DNA from: Bacillota bacterium
Lineage (GTDB): Bacteria; Bacillota; Clostridia; Acetivibrionales; DTU013
Length of the DNA: 62,663 nt
NCBI GenBank assembly: GCA_023409615.1
Contig: JAEYRF010000163.1
Location: 1 to 62,663, forward strand
Direction of reading: 5' to 3'
Shown here: in pieces, positions 39,745 to 48,952 of the stretch
How positions within the stretch are numbered: position 1 is the first letter of the stretch
How the letters are laid out: each line of letters starts with the position of its first letter
The notes under the pieces: generated by a model
Told to the model about the DNA's origin: nothing
The model's input: the letters and a program-made list of their open reading frames with translations, nothing else
The model's database searches: none
Made by a program: the position numbers and the translations under genes

Positions 39745-40728
39745 TTACCAGATTCCACGTTCACCAAACTTTTTAGCAAGCATATTTGCCGTCAACAGAA
39801 ATACAACACAGACAACCGACTGGAATAATCCGACTGCAGCAGTAAGCGAGAATTGCATACCTCTGATACCTACACGGTATACATAGGTGCTGATAACATC
39901 TGCAACATCCATTACCGCTGAATTTTGCATTGCGAAAGGCCGGTCAAACTCAATACCCAGTATTCTACCCAAGCTCATAATGAGCAGTACGATAATCGTG
40001 GAACGGATACCCGGCAATGTAACTGCTAACATTTTTCGAAACCTTCCGGCTCCATCGATTTCTGCGGCTTCATATAATTCCGGATTTATTCCGGTTATCG
40101 CCGCAAGGTATATAATTGTGTTCCATCCCATTTCCTTCCATACTCCGAGGATAATGTACGTTCCAACCCAAAGGACCGGTCTTCCTAGAAATTCTATTCT
40201 TTCCATACCTATTTTCGTCAACATAATGTTGATGACACCTGATTGCGGAGCCAGGAGCTGAAATGCTATACCACTTATAATAATCCAGGACAAAAAGTGT
40301 GGAAGGTAAATAACCGTTTGTGTAACACGTTTAAAGCTCTTATTTGCTACTTCGTTTAATAGAAGGGCGAGAATAATTGGCATTGGGAAACCTATAACCA
40401 AATCTAACACATTAAGTGTAATGGTGTTACGTAAAGCATCCCAAAAATCCTTTGATGCAAAAGCTTTTGCAAACCACTTAAATCCTACCCAATCCGTTTG
40501 CCAGATACTTTTGAACATGTTATAGTCCTTAAAAACCATAACAATATTGGTCATTGGAATATAACGGAATATAAGAAAAAAGGCCAGAGGTAATAGCAGC
40601 ATGAGATATAACGGCCAGGTTCTCTTGATATAATTTGATGTAGCTAAATTAGTTCTTTTTTCATTTAAAACTTTACTACTCAGCTTTATCTCCTCCTTTT
40701 CTACTTCCAGACTAGTCTTAATTGACAT
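39745..40728 (-). CDS. ABC sugar permease (LplB-like); start uncertain
   Basis: EAA loop YEAAEIDGAGRFRKMLAVTLP and N-terminal IKRTWPLYLMLLLP typical of LplB-like permeases. The ATG at 40728 has no obvious SD, and a strong GAAAAGGAGGAG lies inside the first codons. Confidence 0.75.
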   Translation of the reverse strand: MSIKTSLEVEKEEIKLSSKVLNEKRTNLATSNYIKRTWPLYLMLLLPLAFFLIFRYIPMTNIVMVFKDYNMFKSIWQTDWVGFKWFAKAFASKDFWDALRNTITLNVLDLVIGFPMPIILALLLNEVANKSFKRVTQTVIYLPHFLSWIIISGIAFQLLAPQSGVINIMLTKIGMERIEFLGRPVLWVGTYIILGVWKEMGWNTIIYLAAITGINPELYEAAEIDGAGRFRKMLAVTLPGIRSTIIVLLIMSLGRILGIEFDRPFAMQNSAVMDVADVISTYVYRVGIRGMQFSLTAAVGLFQSVVCVVFLLTANMLAKKFGERGIW

Positions 40729-40868
40729 TTGCTTGAAAATATCAACTCGATAACATATTATCAACAATGCTTTGCTTTTTAGATGAAAAAAACAAGTATA
40801 ATTTACAATTTTCATGGCTATATTGCCTTATCCCAAGAAGACTGACATAATTTTATCAGGTGAATTAT

Positions 40869-41705
40869 ATGATTGAATATGACTTGAATGACGTTGTAGT
40901 TGATATCCATTACTATAATCACAGGATTTGCACTCCCGATTGGGAAATAATTCCACGCACTCTTCCATTCATAAACTTTACTTATGTGGTATCGGGACAG
41001 GGAGAATTCTACATTGATGACATAAGATACACAGTGCGTGCCGGAGATTTAATCTGTGTTCAAAAGGGCTGCAAAGAATCCGCAAGCGTCAATTCAGATA
41101 ATCTCATGGATTGTTATGCCGTAAATGTATTTGTCTACGACTTTTCAGGCAACGAAATTTCTTTGCCTTTTCAGACGGTAACGCATATCGGGGTACAAGA
41201 TAATATTATTGCCTCTTTTCAGGAAATGACTGCTGCATGGTTATTACGCGATTCTTGTTTCAGGCTGAAGACAAGAGCAATATTTATGCTTATACTGGAA
41301 CGGTGTCACCAGATTATTTACCAGCGCAACTATCCGAACTATAAAAATAAACGAATTAAAATGGTGCTGCAGTATGTCATAGATCACTACGCCGAACCTC
41401 TTTCTATTGAAAAGATGGCGAAAATGACAAAACTCAGCACCCTATATTTTGGAACACTATTCAAACAGGAAACCGGACAAACCTTCCGGCAGTATTTAAC
41501 AACAATTAGAATCAACCAGGCCGAAAATATGCTTTCGAGTGGCATGTACAACGTCAGCGAGGCTGCCTCTGAATGTGGATTTTCAGACATCTTTTATTTC
41601 AGTAAGGTGTTTAAAGAACATCGAGGTATAGCACCGTCTGAGATTTTAAAGTCAAATATTTCTCTTGAGCAAATGCAAAAGTCTAAATTTACTAAAAAAC
41701 GTTAA
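40869..41705 (+). CDS. AraC family transcriptional regulator, divergent from the ABC operon
   Basis: Cupin-like N-terminus and C-terminal HTH (VSEAASECGFSDIFYFSKVFKEHRGIAPSE). The ATG at 40869 follows CAGGTGA. Confidence 0.85.
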   Translation: MIEYDLNDVVVDIHYYNHRICTPDWEIIPRTLPFINFTYVVSGQGEFYIDDIRYTVRAGDLICVQKGCKESASVNSDNLMDCYAVNVFVYDFSGNEISLPFQTVTHIGVQDNIIASFQEMTAAWLLRDSCFRLKTRAIFMLILERCHQIIYQRNYPNYKNKRIKMVLQYVIDHYAEPLSIEKMAKMTKLSTLYFGTLFKQETGQTFRQYLTTIRINQAENMLSSGMYNVSEAASECGFSDIFYFSKVFKEHRGIAPSEILKSNISLEQMQKSKFTKKR

Positions 41706-41711
41706 AATAAA

Positions 41712-43247
41712 TTACTCCTGTTTTTTTCTAAAATACTGTTTAACAAGAAATTTCATAAGCTCATCCGGTTGTTTCATGACAAACTCAGCCTTATCTGAGA
41801 ACACCATTCCATATGGAGCATCTGATGTGTAAGGCTCCCAATTTGGCATATCCTCGCCAGTGGAATCCTTTCCATTCGGATCTCCGGAACGGATAAAGTT
41901 TGCCCAGTAGTTGCACATCTGGCGGGCAAGATCATAATGCTTGCCGACAAATGGTCTCCAGCATTTTGCAAGTGTCTCAAAAAAGAACCAGAGATCTACA
42001 GAATGGAATGTTCCCGGGTTGTCCCATCCCGGAATTTCTGCATCAAAATTATAATAATATAGTGGTGTGTTTGCACCAGTGTCACTATTAGCCTGACCGG
42101 CAACACGAATACCAAATTCAATACTGTTTACCGAAGCCCTCTTTCGTACCTCGTCTATACTTCCGGACTGAAACTGGCATAAATCAAGATATTCCTGCGC
42201 ACTATCTGCGAACATATCTACCGCTAGGTTTCTGAATTCATCAAGAGTCGAGACCTCGGGAACAGCAAAAAACTCGGATGAAGTGTGCCCAAGTAATACC
42301 GGAACCATCCATCGTTTGTTTTCAATAAACAGTTTATACGCATTACCAACACAAAATTGATTATCTGCAACAGTACCCCATTTATCCCAGGAACCCGGGT
42401 ATTCTAATGATTTATCAAGGATATATTTGGCATCAAGCTTGCGTGCTTCTGCCAGTGATGAAACCCCTAAAAATTTTAGAAACTCTACGCCACATTGCTC
42501 AGCTTCTGCAAAAGTATGTTTGATTCCGGGCACACGGTTGCCCGGATAAATCATGGTAATGATTCCGCTTTGAATAATAGCTTTTTGAAAGAGACCGTCG
42601 TTCTGAGGTGAAGCAAGCTGGTTCAATACACTTCCGCCGCCGGCGGACTGCCCTCCTATAGTGATGTTGTTCGGGTCGCCCCCAAAAGCAGCGATATTTC
42701 GTTTGACCCACTGTGTACCGAACTGTTGGTCAAGATTCCCGAAGTTTGCGGGTGCTTGAGGCGCTTCTGCCGTTATTTCAGGATGACATAAAAACCCGAA
42801 AACATTTAGACGATAATTAACTGTCACAACAACAATGCCCCTGCGGGCGATTCGCTCACCATCAAACTCCATTTCCGCAGTATTTCCTACCTGAAGCCCG
42901 CCGCCAAAATACCAAACAAACACAGGCAGTTTCTCGTCAGTACTGCAAGCCGGTGTCCAGACATTGAGATAGAGGCAGTCCTCGTCCATGGGGATATCAG
43001 GGTCCACAGCCCACTCTCTGGTATAGATATTACTCTTATTCAAAGCTGTTTGTGCCTGCATTGATATCGGAGCAAAATCATGTGCCAGCAAAGTGCCATC
43101 CCAGCTTTTTACGGGCTGCGGAGCACGCCAGCGATTCTCTCCTGTTGGCGGTTCTGCAAAAGGAATCCCCTTAAAGCTGGTTATGCGGGGATCTGCTGCA
43201 GGCAGCCCCTGAACAATTCCATTTTCTATCTCAACGGTCCTCAACAT
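41712..43247 (-). CDS. Type-B carboxylesterase (PnbA-like)
   Basis: FKGIPFAEPP, EDCLYLNVW and the nucleophile elbow GGQSAGG. No signal peptide. Confidence 0.85.
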   Translation of the reverse strand: MLRTVEIENGIVQGLPAADPRITSFKGIPFAEPPTGENRWRAPQPVKSWDGTLLAHDFAPISMQAQTALNKSNIYTREWAVDPDIPMDEDCLYLNVWTPACSTDEKLPVFVWYFGGGLQVGNTAEMEFDGERIARRGIVVVTVNYRLNVFGFLCHPEITAEAPQAPANFGNLDQQFGTQWVKRNIAAFGGDPNNITIGGQSAGGGSVLNQLASPQNDGLFQKAIIQSGIITMIYPGNRVPGIKHTFAEAEQCGVEFLKFLGVSSLAEARKLDAKYILDKSLEYPGSWDKWGTVADNQFCVGNAYKLFIENKRWMVPVLLGHTSSEFFAVPEVSTLDEFRNLAVDMFADSAQEYLDLCQFQSGSIDEVRKRASVNSIEFGIRVAGQANSDTGANTPLYYYNFDAEIPGWDNPGTFHSVDLWFFFETLAKCWRPFVGKHYDLARQMCNYWANFIRSGDPNGKDSTGEDMPNWEPYTSDAPYGMVFSDKAEFVMKQPDELMKFLVKQYFRKKQE

Positions 43248-43286
43248 ATCAATACTCCTTATAAATTTCTATCGCAACACCACTTA

Positions 43287-44171
43287 CTACTCTTTGACGC
43301 TGCCAATATTAACAGTTACAAAATACTTCTGAAGGAAAGGATATACCACAAGGATAGGTACAGTTGCAACTATAGTCATTGCCGCACGTAATGAATTCGG
43401 AGTAACCATACTGCGTGACTGCTGCGATGCGGCAAGATAGTCCGGTTGTCTGACACCCGACTGCATGGATGAGGATAATATCTTCATCATCTCATATTGA
43501 AGGGTACTCAACTGCTGTTTTGGTGCAAATATGAAAGAGTCGAACCATGAGTTCCACGAGCCAACAGCGACCCATAAGGCAACGGTGGCTAAAACCGGCA
43601 TGCATAGCGGAAAAATAATCCTGAAATATATTTTCATTTCGGTAGCGCCATCAATTCTCGCGGATTCCACAAGAGATGCCGGTAATGAATTAATGTATGT
43701 TCTTACAACGATAACGTTGAACGCTCCCACCAGTGAAGGGAGTATATAGACCCAAAAGCTGTCTATCAGACCCAGGTTGCGGTACAGGAAATACTGCGGG
43801 ATTAGTCCGGCGTTTATATACATTGTCATTACCATAAATACCGTCAGAAACCTTCGGAAAACAAATTCCTTATGGCTCAATACGTATCCCAGCAAACCTG
43901 AGAAAAACACGTTTAGTGCCATTGTGATCACTGTACGAGCGACCGATACTACAAAGGCGTTTGCTACTTTTTCTGTTTTAAATACACTTTGATAGTTAAA
44001 AAGTGTCCATTCTCTCGGCCACAGGTAGAGTGAGCCTTTTATGGAATCCCTTGCATCGTTAAAAGATGTAATCAATGTGTTCCATAACGGGTACAACATG
44101 ACAACCATAATCAAGCACATAACGAACGCAATAATAACATCAACAATTTTATCAACATTTGATTTTCTCAT
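43287..44171 (-). CDS. ABC sugar permease (LplC-like)
   Basis: EAA loop VESARIDGATEMKIYFRIIFP. RBS GGAGG. Confidence 0.85.
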   Translation of the reverse strand: MRKSNVDKIVDVIIAFVMCLIMVVMLYPLWNTLITSFNDARDSIKGSLYLWPREWTLFNYQSVFKTEKVANAFVVSVARTVITMALNVFFSGLLGYVLSHKEFVFRRFLTVFMVMTMYINAGLIPQYFLYRNLGLIDSFWVYILPSLVGAFNVIVVRTYINSLPASLVESARIDGATEMKIYFRIIFPLCMPVLATVALWVAVGSWNSWFDSFIFAPKQQLSTLQYEMMKILSSSMQSGVRQPDYLAASQQSRSMVTPNSLRAAMTIVATVPILVVYPFLQKYFVTVNIGSVKE

Positions 44172-44214
44172 TTATATATACCTCCAAGCTGAATAGCACA
44201 ACGAAAACGTTCTA

Positions 44215-45195
44215 CTAAACCAGTTTTTCCTCTCCTACCCAACCGGCGATTTTATTACACAATAATAATATTGCAGCGCTGACCACTGTTTTAAACATAC
44301 CGGCCGCAGTTCCAAAGGCAAAACCACCAGCTCTGCCAAAGCCTCTCTTAAGCACAAAAATGTCGATGGTTTCCGAGACATCAAGCACAAGACCGTTTGT
44401 ACCCAGAATATACTGAACTTCAAACCCCGCGTTGAGGATCCATCCTGCATTTAAGATAAGAAGGACAATAATGGTAGATTTGATACCTGGAAGGGTTATA
44501 TTCCACATTCTGCCGAAACGACCATACCCATCTATTGCTGCAGCCTCATACAGCGCAGGGTCGATAGAAGTAATCGCCGCCAAATAGATGATACTGTTCC
44601 AGCCCATTGACTTCCATACATTTGTAAATCCGACAATCCACCAGAAATATGACGGTTCCCCCATAAAATGTATTTTCTCTTGAATGAGTCCTAATGACAT
44701 CAAGATTTCATTGATGATTCCTCCGTCCATGGCAAGGACGTTTGAAACCAGACCGCAGACGATAATCCATGAAAGGAAGTGAGGCATATAAGATACTGTT
44801 TGTACGACCCGCTTAAACTTAAAAAATCCACCCGTAAGTTCATTTAAAAGCAGTGCAAACGCGATGGCCGTGACAAAACTAAGCACCAGGTTGATTATGC
44901 TCATCCCCAAGGTGTTTTTCATTACACGGTAAAAGTCAGGATCGGTAAATAGATTTTGAAAATGCTTAAAACCAACCCATTTCTGCTCAAGAAATGGCAC
45001 TTGGGGTTTATAATTCTGAAACGCCATGGTAAGACCCCATAGCGGTAAATATGAAAAAATAAAGAAGTAAACAAAAAAGGGCACCGCAATCCAGACTAAC
45101 TCTTTCTGTTTACGAACTTGATCATAAAATTCTTTTTTAGGATTCGACTTTTTGGTTATCATATCGCTTTTTGGACTTAACTCTTTGGTTATCAT
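44215..45195 (-). CDS. ABC sugar permease (LplB-like) with a duplicated N-terminal 11-aa unit
   Basis: EAA loop YEAAAIDGYGRFGRMWNITLP. The N-terminus is MITKELSPKSD-MITKKSNPKKE. RBS AGGGGGA precedes the first ATG. Confidence 0.85.
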   Translation of the reverse strand: MITKELSPKSDMITKKSNPKKEFYDQVRKQKELVWIAVPFFVYFFIFSYLPLWGLTMAFQNYKPQVPFLEQKWVGFKHFQNLFTDPDFYRVMKNTLGMSIINLVLSFVTAIAFALLLNELTGGFFKFKRVVQTVSYMPHFLSWIIVCGLVSNVLAMDGGIINEILMSLGLIQEKIHFMGEPSYFWWIVGFTNVWKSMGWNSIIYLAAITSIDPALYEAAAIDGYGRFGRMWNITLPGIKSTIIVLLILNAGWILNAGFEVQYILGTNGLVLDVSETIDIFVLKRGFGRAGGFAFGTAAGMFKTVVSAAILLLCNKIAGWVGEEKLV

Positions 45196-45240
45196 ATCGC
45201 TATCCCCCTAGCTCTGATTCTCATCCTGTTCATGATATCA

Positions 45241-45277
45241 TGTAGAAGAGGCGGCCGGTTCGGTCGCCTCTTCTACA
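45241..45277. other. GC-rich stem-loop between the SBP and permease cistrons
   Basis: TGTAGAAGAGGCG / CGCCTCTTCTACA (13 bp perfect, extendable). The T run is on the plus strand only, that is, antisense to the operon. Confidence 0.5.
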
Positions 45278-45302
45278 TCTTTTTGAAAGACGAGCAGGTT
45301 AT

Positions 45303-47030
45303 TTATTTAGTCTTACGCGCTTGTATTTGTTTTTCGATTTCTTGCTCAAGCGCCGGATAGTCGACACTCTCGTATCTCTTAGCATATTCTGCCCAAGCGG
45401 AATCAAAGTCTTTCGACATGATCACGTTCGGCAGGTAACGGTTTTGAAGATCCGTTATCTCGTCAAATATCGGCTTGGCTATATTGTCTTCTTCCATAGT
45501 GGAGAAAATCGACCATACTTCAGGATAACCAGGATGATCCATTAGAGGAAGGAAGTCTGACTTGGTGAAGAAGCCGTATTTTCCGTAGAATTCCTTGTCG
45601 TACGGGAATTGGTTTGCAAGTCTTTCCTCTGGCTGCGTTCCTGCACCGGTGGAGTTACCGTCGGTATAACGACCTTCAAGTTTCGGGAATTGGTCGCCGA
45701 TGACTTGTCCTGCGTTAGCGAGCCTCCAGTCAGGATTGTCAAAATTGGCTTTCTGCTCCGGAGTACGTCTGTAACGGCCATTTTCTACATAGTAGTCTTC
45801 GCCTTCGATACCCCAATATAACAATTTGTGTACATCTTCTTCAAGTAGTTGATCCATAAACTGCATAGCACGCTCAACATCTTTGCACTTTGTGCTGATG
45901 CCCATGCCGTTGCCGCCTATAATTCCCTCATTCCTTACTCTGTTGTACGGAACGGGCTCACCGCTATAGCTGATACCAAGGGGGACATAGGTTCTATTAA
46001 TTTTTCCTTCGCCAGTCAATACATTTTCACCATCTGCGAAGTTCCATTGCTGGTCAAACATTGCCAACACACGACCGGTGGAAATAACGGACAGGTATTG
46101 GTCATAGTTTCTGGTGAATGTTTCTGGGTTTATCAAGCCTTTTTTGAATGCTTCGTTAAGCTTTTTGTAGTAGTTCATAGCATAGTCTTTGTTCTGATAT
46201 ATTTCGACTGCAAGGGTGTCGGGATTAACAACAACGTCACCCTCGTTACGTCCACCGATCAAATGCTGCGGTGCATTTTTCAGACAGAACGAACGCCAGT
46301 CTTGTGAATGTACCTCGAACGGCAAGACAGGCTGACCGTCAATGGTAGGATTAGCTTTGGCATAACGTTCCAATAAGTCAAAGAATTCATCTGGTGTCTT
46401 GGGATAAGTATATCCATCCCAGGCAAGTACGTCTTTCTGTATCCAGAAAGCCGGGCCGTTATAATCTCCCTCGTAAAAATCGTCCTGTCCATCTTTAAGC
46501 CAATACTGACGGCTCCAGATGTCCAGTATATAAACTTTATTATCTGGTGATACACTGCGAAGTCTGTCCATAAAAGGTTCATAATGCTTCCAGAGATTTG
46601 GATAATTGGGGAGATAGTCATCAAGTGCTGCAAAGGAACCAGCATTCAAAAATCTTCCGCGCGCTTGTCCTGCGCCAATCAAATCGGGATAATCGCCGCT
46701 GGCAACCATGATTCCAACTTTTTGCTCCATGTCACCTACAAGGAATTCATAATCAATGGTGACGCCTGTTAATTCAGCAATCTTTTTAACGATTTTGTTG
46801 TCTGCCGGAGGAGCCTCTCCAGGACCAGCGACAAACATGGTAAACGTTATTGGTGAAAGATCTTTCTCCGGTGTAGCCTCAGGTGCTACCTCTTTGTCTG
46901 GAGTAGAGGCTGTAGTGCTTGGTTTGTCCTCGGTGACTGGTTCTTTGCTTTCCGGAGCACCACAAGCCGCTAAAGAAGTAACGGTCATGATAACAACCAT
47001 AAGCAGTACGAGAATTTTCGTGATCTTCAT
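45303..47030 (-). CDS. LplA/LipO-type sugar-binding lipoprotein (transport SBP)
   Basis: Lipobox LAAC|GA. The ATG at 47030 follows AAAGGGGA; the tracked 36-codon 5' extension is rejected. Paralogous to 47231-48916. Confidence 0.85.
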   Translation of the reverse strand: MKITKILVLLMVVIMTVTSLAACGAPESKEPVTEDKPSTTASTPDKEVAPEATPEKDLSPITFTMFVAGPGEAPPADNKIVKKIAELTGVTIDYEFLVGDMEQKVGIMVASGDYPDLIGAGQARGRFLNAGSFAALDDYLPNYPNLWKHYEPFMDRLRSVSPDNKVYILDIWSRQYWLKDGQDDFYEGDYNGPAFWIQKDVLAWDGYTYPKTPDEFFDLLERYAKANPTIDGQPVLPFEVHSQDWRSFCLKNAPQHLIGGRNEGDVVVNPDTLAVEIYQNKDYAMNYYKKLNEAFKKGLINPETFTRNYDQYLSVISTGRVLAMFDQQWNFADGENVLTGEGKINRTYVPLGISYSGEPVPYNRVRNEGIIGGNGMGISTKCKDVERAMQFMDQLLEEDVHKLLYWGIEGEDYYVENGRYRRTPEQKANFDNPDWRLANAGQVIGDQFPKLEGRYTDGNSTGAGTQPEERLANQFPYDKEFYGKYGFFTKSDFLPLMDHPGYPEVWSIFSTMEEDNIAKPIFDEITDLQNRYLPNVIMSKDFDSAWAEYAKRYESVDYPALEQEIEKQIQARKTK

Positions 47031-47230
47031 TATTTGTTCCCCTTTCATAAAATATAAGTGTTTTCTAGATATATCTCCTGAAAAGTAGAAGCTTTGAACC
47101 TTAAAAAGATACCCCACTTTTCTTCTTAAGATTAACACATGTGCTAAGCTGAATCATTTAAAAAATCATACCTGTTATTAAAATTTTTATACAAGTTAAT
47201 AGTTATTTCATAGAATAGCAGATAAACATA

Positions 47231-48916
47231 TCATTCAATTTTCATTGCTTCAGCTATTTGCCTATTCACCTCTTCCAGATAAGGCTTAGGTTCATTTTCC
47301 CATATTTCTGTCACAAAGCTTTCCCATAATGTATCATAGTTGCTGGGACTTGTTAAAATCAGACGCGGATAGTATTTACGACAGGTGTCAACCATCTTGC
47401 TGTTTGCCAGTGCAGCCGCGCTCCCATCAATGATTGGCATTGACCAGACCGGGTAGTATTCAGGCCTCTGGACAGGACTTGATAATAATTGAGCAGGATA
47501 CTTAATACCGTAGCCCTCCAGGAATTTCTTATCATAATCCGATAAAGATGATGCATACTCGTCTTCCGAATCCGTAGGTCCACAAGGCATTCCATCTTCG
47601 TATAGACCTTGTATCTTTGGAGAATAATTCCACAGAGTAATTCCGGTCAAGTCCCGCTTCTTTCCATCATCATTATATAATTCACGACGACTGTCCGTTA
47701 AGACCCGCCCTGTTTCGCCAACTCTTTTCCAATCCTTTCCCTCTTCACCCCATTGAAGATAGTCCTGTACCTCACGCTGGAGCATCCAGTCGTAAAAAGC
47801 AAGTAATCTATCCGGATTCGAACATTTTTTTGTGATACCTATTCCATTATTTCCTGTTATCGTCCCATCACGAACATCAAGATAACTATCCTTAACACCG
47901 GGATTCGTTATAGGAACTGTGACATACATTCTGTTAAATTTTTTATCAGATTTCAAGATATTTTCTGCCTGTAAAATATTCCATCCCTGATCAAAGAAAC
48001 CCAGAACCGCACCCGAAGCAAGCTTTGAAACGTACTGGTCGTAGCTTTGTGTAAAAGTACCTCCTTCAATGATACCTTTGTTATACTCCTCATTCAGCTT
48101 TCTATAATAATTCTTTGCCGTTTCTGAAACCTGATACAGCGATGCGGTATATGTTTCAAGATCAACAAATACATCTCCGTCATTTCCTGCACCCATCAGA
48201 TGTTGAGGCGGGTTACGCAGGCAAAAATCTCTCCATCCATCTGACAATATTTCAAATCCAATCGTTTTAACCCCATCAATCGTCGGATACTTAGCTACGT
48301 ATTGTTCAATAATATCAAAGTATTCATCAAGTGTTCTTGGCAAGGTGAACCCAGCCTCTTCCAGAACTGCCTTCTGTATATAAAACCCCGGACCGTCATT
48401 CACAAATATCGGCGAAGGAATGTTGGACAAGTATAGTTCCAAAATATACTGATGACCATCATCTGTTGTCATTTTTTCATAATGGGGAGAATAAAGAGCA
48501 TTCAGGTTCTTATATTTCGGCAATTTATCCTCCAATGGGATAAAAGCACCGGCGTCAATTAATGTCTGCTTGTTTGCAAAAATAGCATCGGGATAATCTT
48601 CACCAGCTATCAGCACTCCCACCTTTTGATCAAGATCACCTACCAGAAATTCAAACTCAATCGTCACACCGGTTAATTCGGCAATCTGTCTGAGGACCGG
48701 ATTATCCTTCGAAGGAATTGCACCAGGATCGCGAATGAAGACTTTAAAAGTTATCGGTTCATTGGCATCGGGCAATGGATCCACTCCTCCAAAAGGTTTT
48801 ATAAAGGGCGACTCTATTATCGGATACGTTTCGTCCAATTTACCACATGATGTCGCTGAGAGAACTGACAAAGACAGTAATATGACAAAAGTAATTATCT
48901 TACAGATGAATTTCAT
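47231..48916 (-). CDS. LplA/LipO-type sugar-binding lipoprotein paralogue, co-transcribed with the two-component system
   Basis: Lipobox ATSC|GK. It shares blocks with the neighbouring SBP (QIAELTGVTIEFEFLVGDLDQKVG versus KIAELTGVTIDYEFLVGDMEQKVG). It starts only 36 nt downstream of the response regulator gene. Confidence 0.85.
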   Translation of the reverse strand: MKFICKIITFVILLSLSVLSATSCGKLDETYPIIESPFIKPFGGVDPLPDANEPITFKVFIRDPGAIPSKDNPVLRQIAELTGVTIEFEFLVGDLDQKVGVLIAGEDYPDAIFANKQTLIDAGAFIPLEDKLPKYKNLNALYSPHYEKMTTDDGHQYILELYLSNIPSPIFVNDGPGFYIQKAVLEEAGFTLPRTLDEYFDIIEQYVAKYPTIDGVKTIGFEILSDGWRDFCLRNPPQHLMGAGNDGDVFVDLETYTASLYQVSETAKNYYRKLNEEYNKGIIEGGTFTQSYDQYVSKLASGAVLGFFDQGWNILQAENILKSDKKFNRMYVTVPITNPGVKDSYLDVRDGTITGNNGIGITKKCSNPDRLLAFYDWMLQREVQDYLQWGEEGKDWKRVGETGRVLTDSRRELYNDDGKKRDLTGITLWNYSPKIQGLYEDGMPCGPTDSEDEYASSLSDYDKKFLEGYGIKYPAQLLSSPVQRPEYYPVWSMPIIDGSAAALANSKMVDTCRKYYPRLILTSPSNYDTLWESFVTEIWENEPKPYLEEVNRQIAEAMKIE

Positions 48917-48952
48917 AGTACATCTGCCTCCACATGTATTAGAATTTTTAAA

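Noticed and set aside
40729-40815. 29-codon N-terminal extension of the LplB-like permease (MKIVNYTCFFHLKSK...).
   Set aside because: It would run through the divergent AraC promoter region and has no counterpart in the three paralogous permeases. The start remains uncertain (see the finding on this region).
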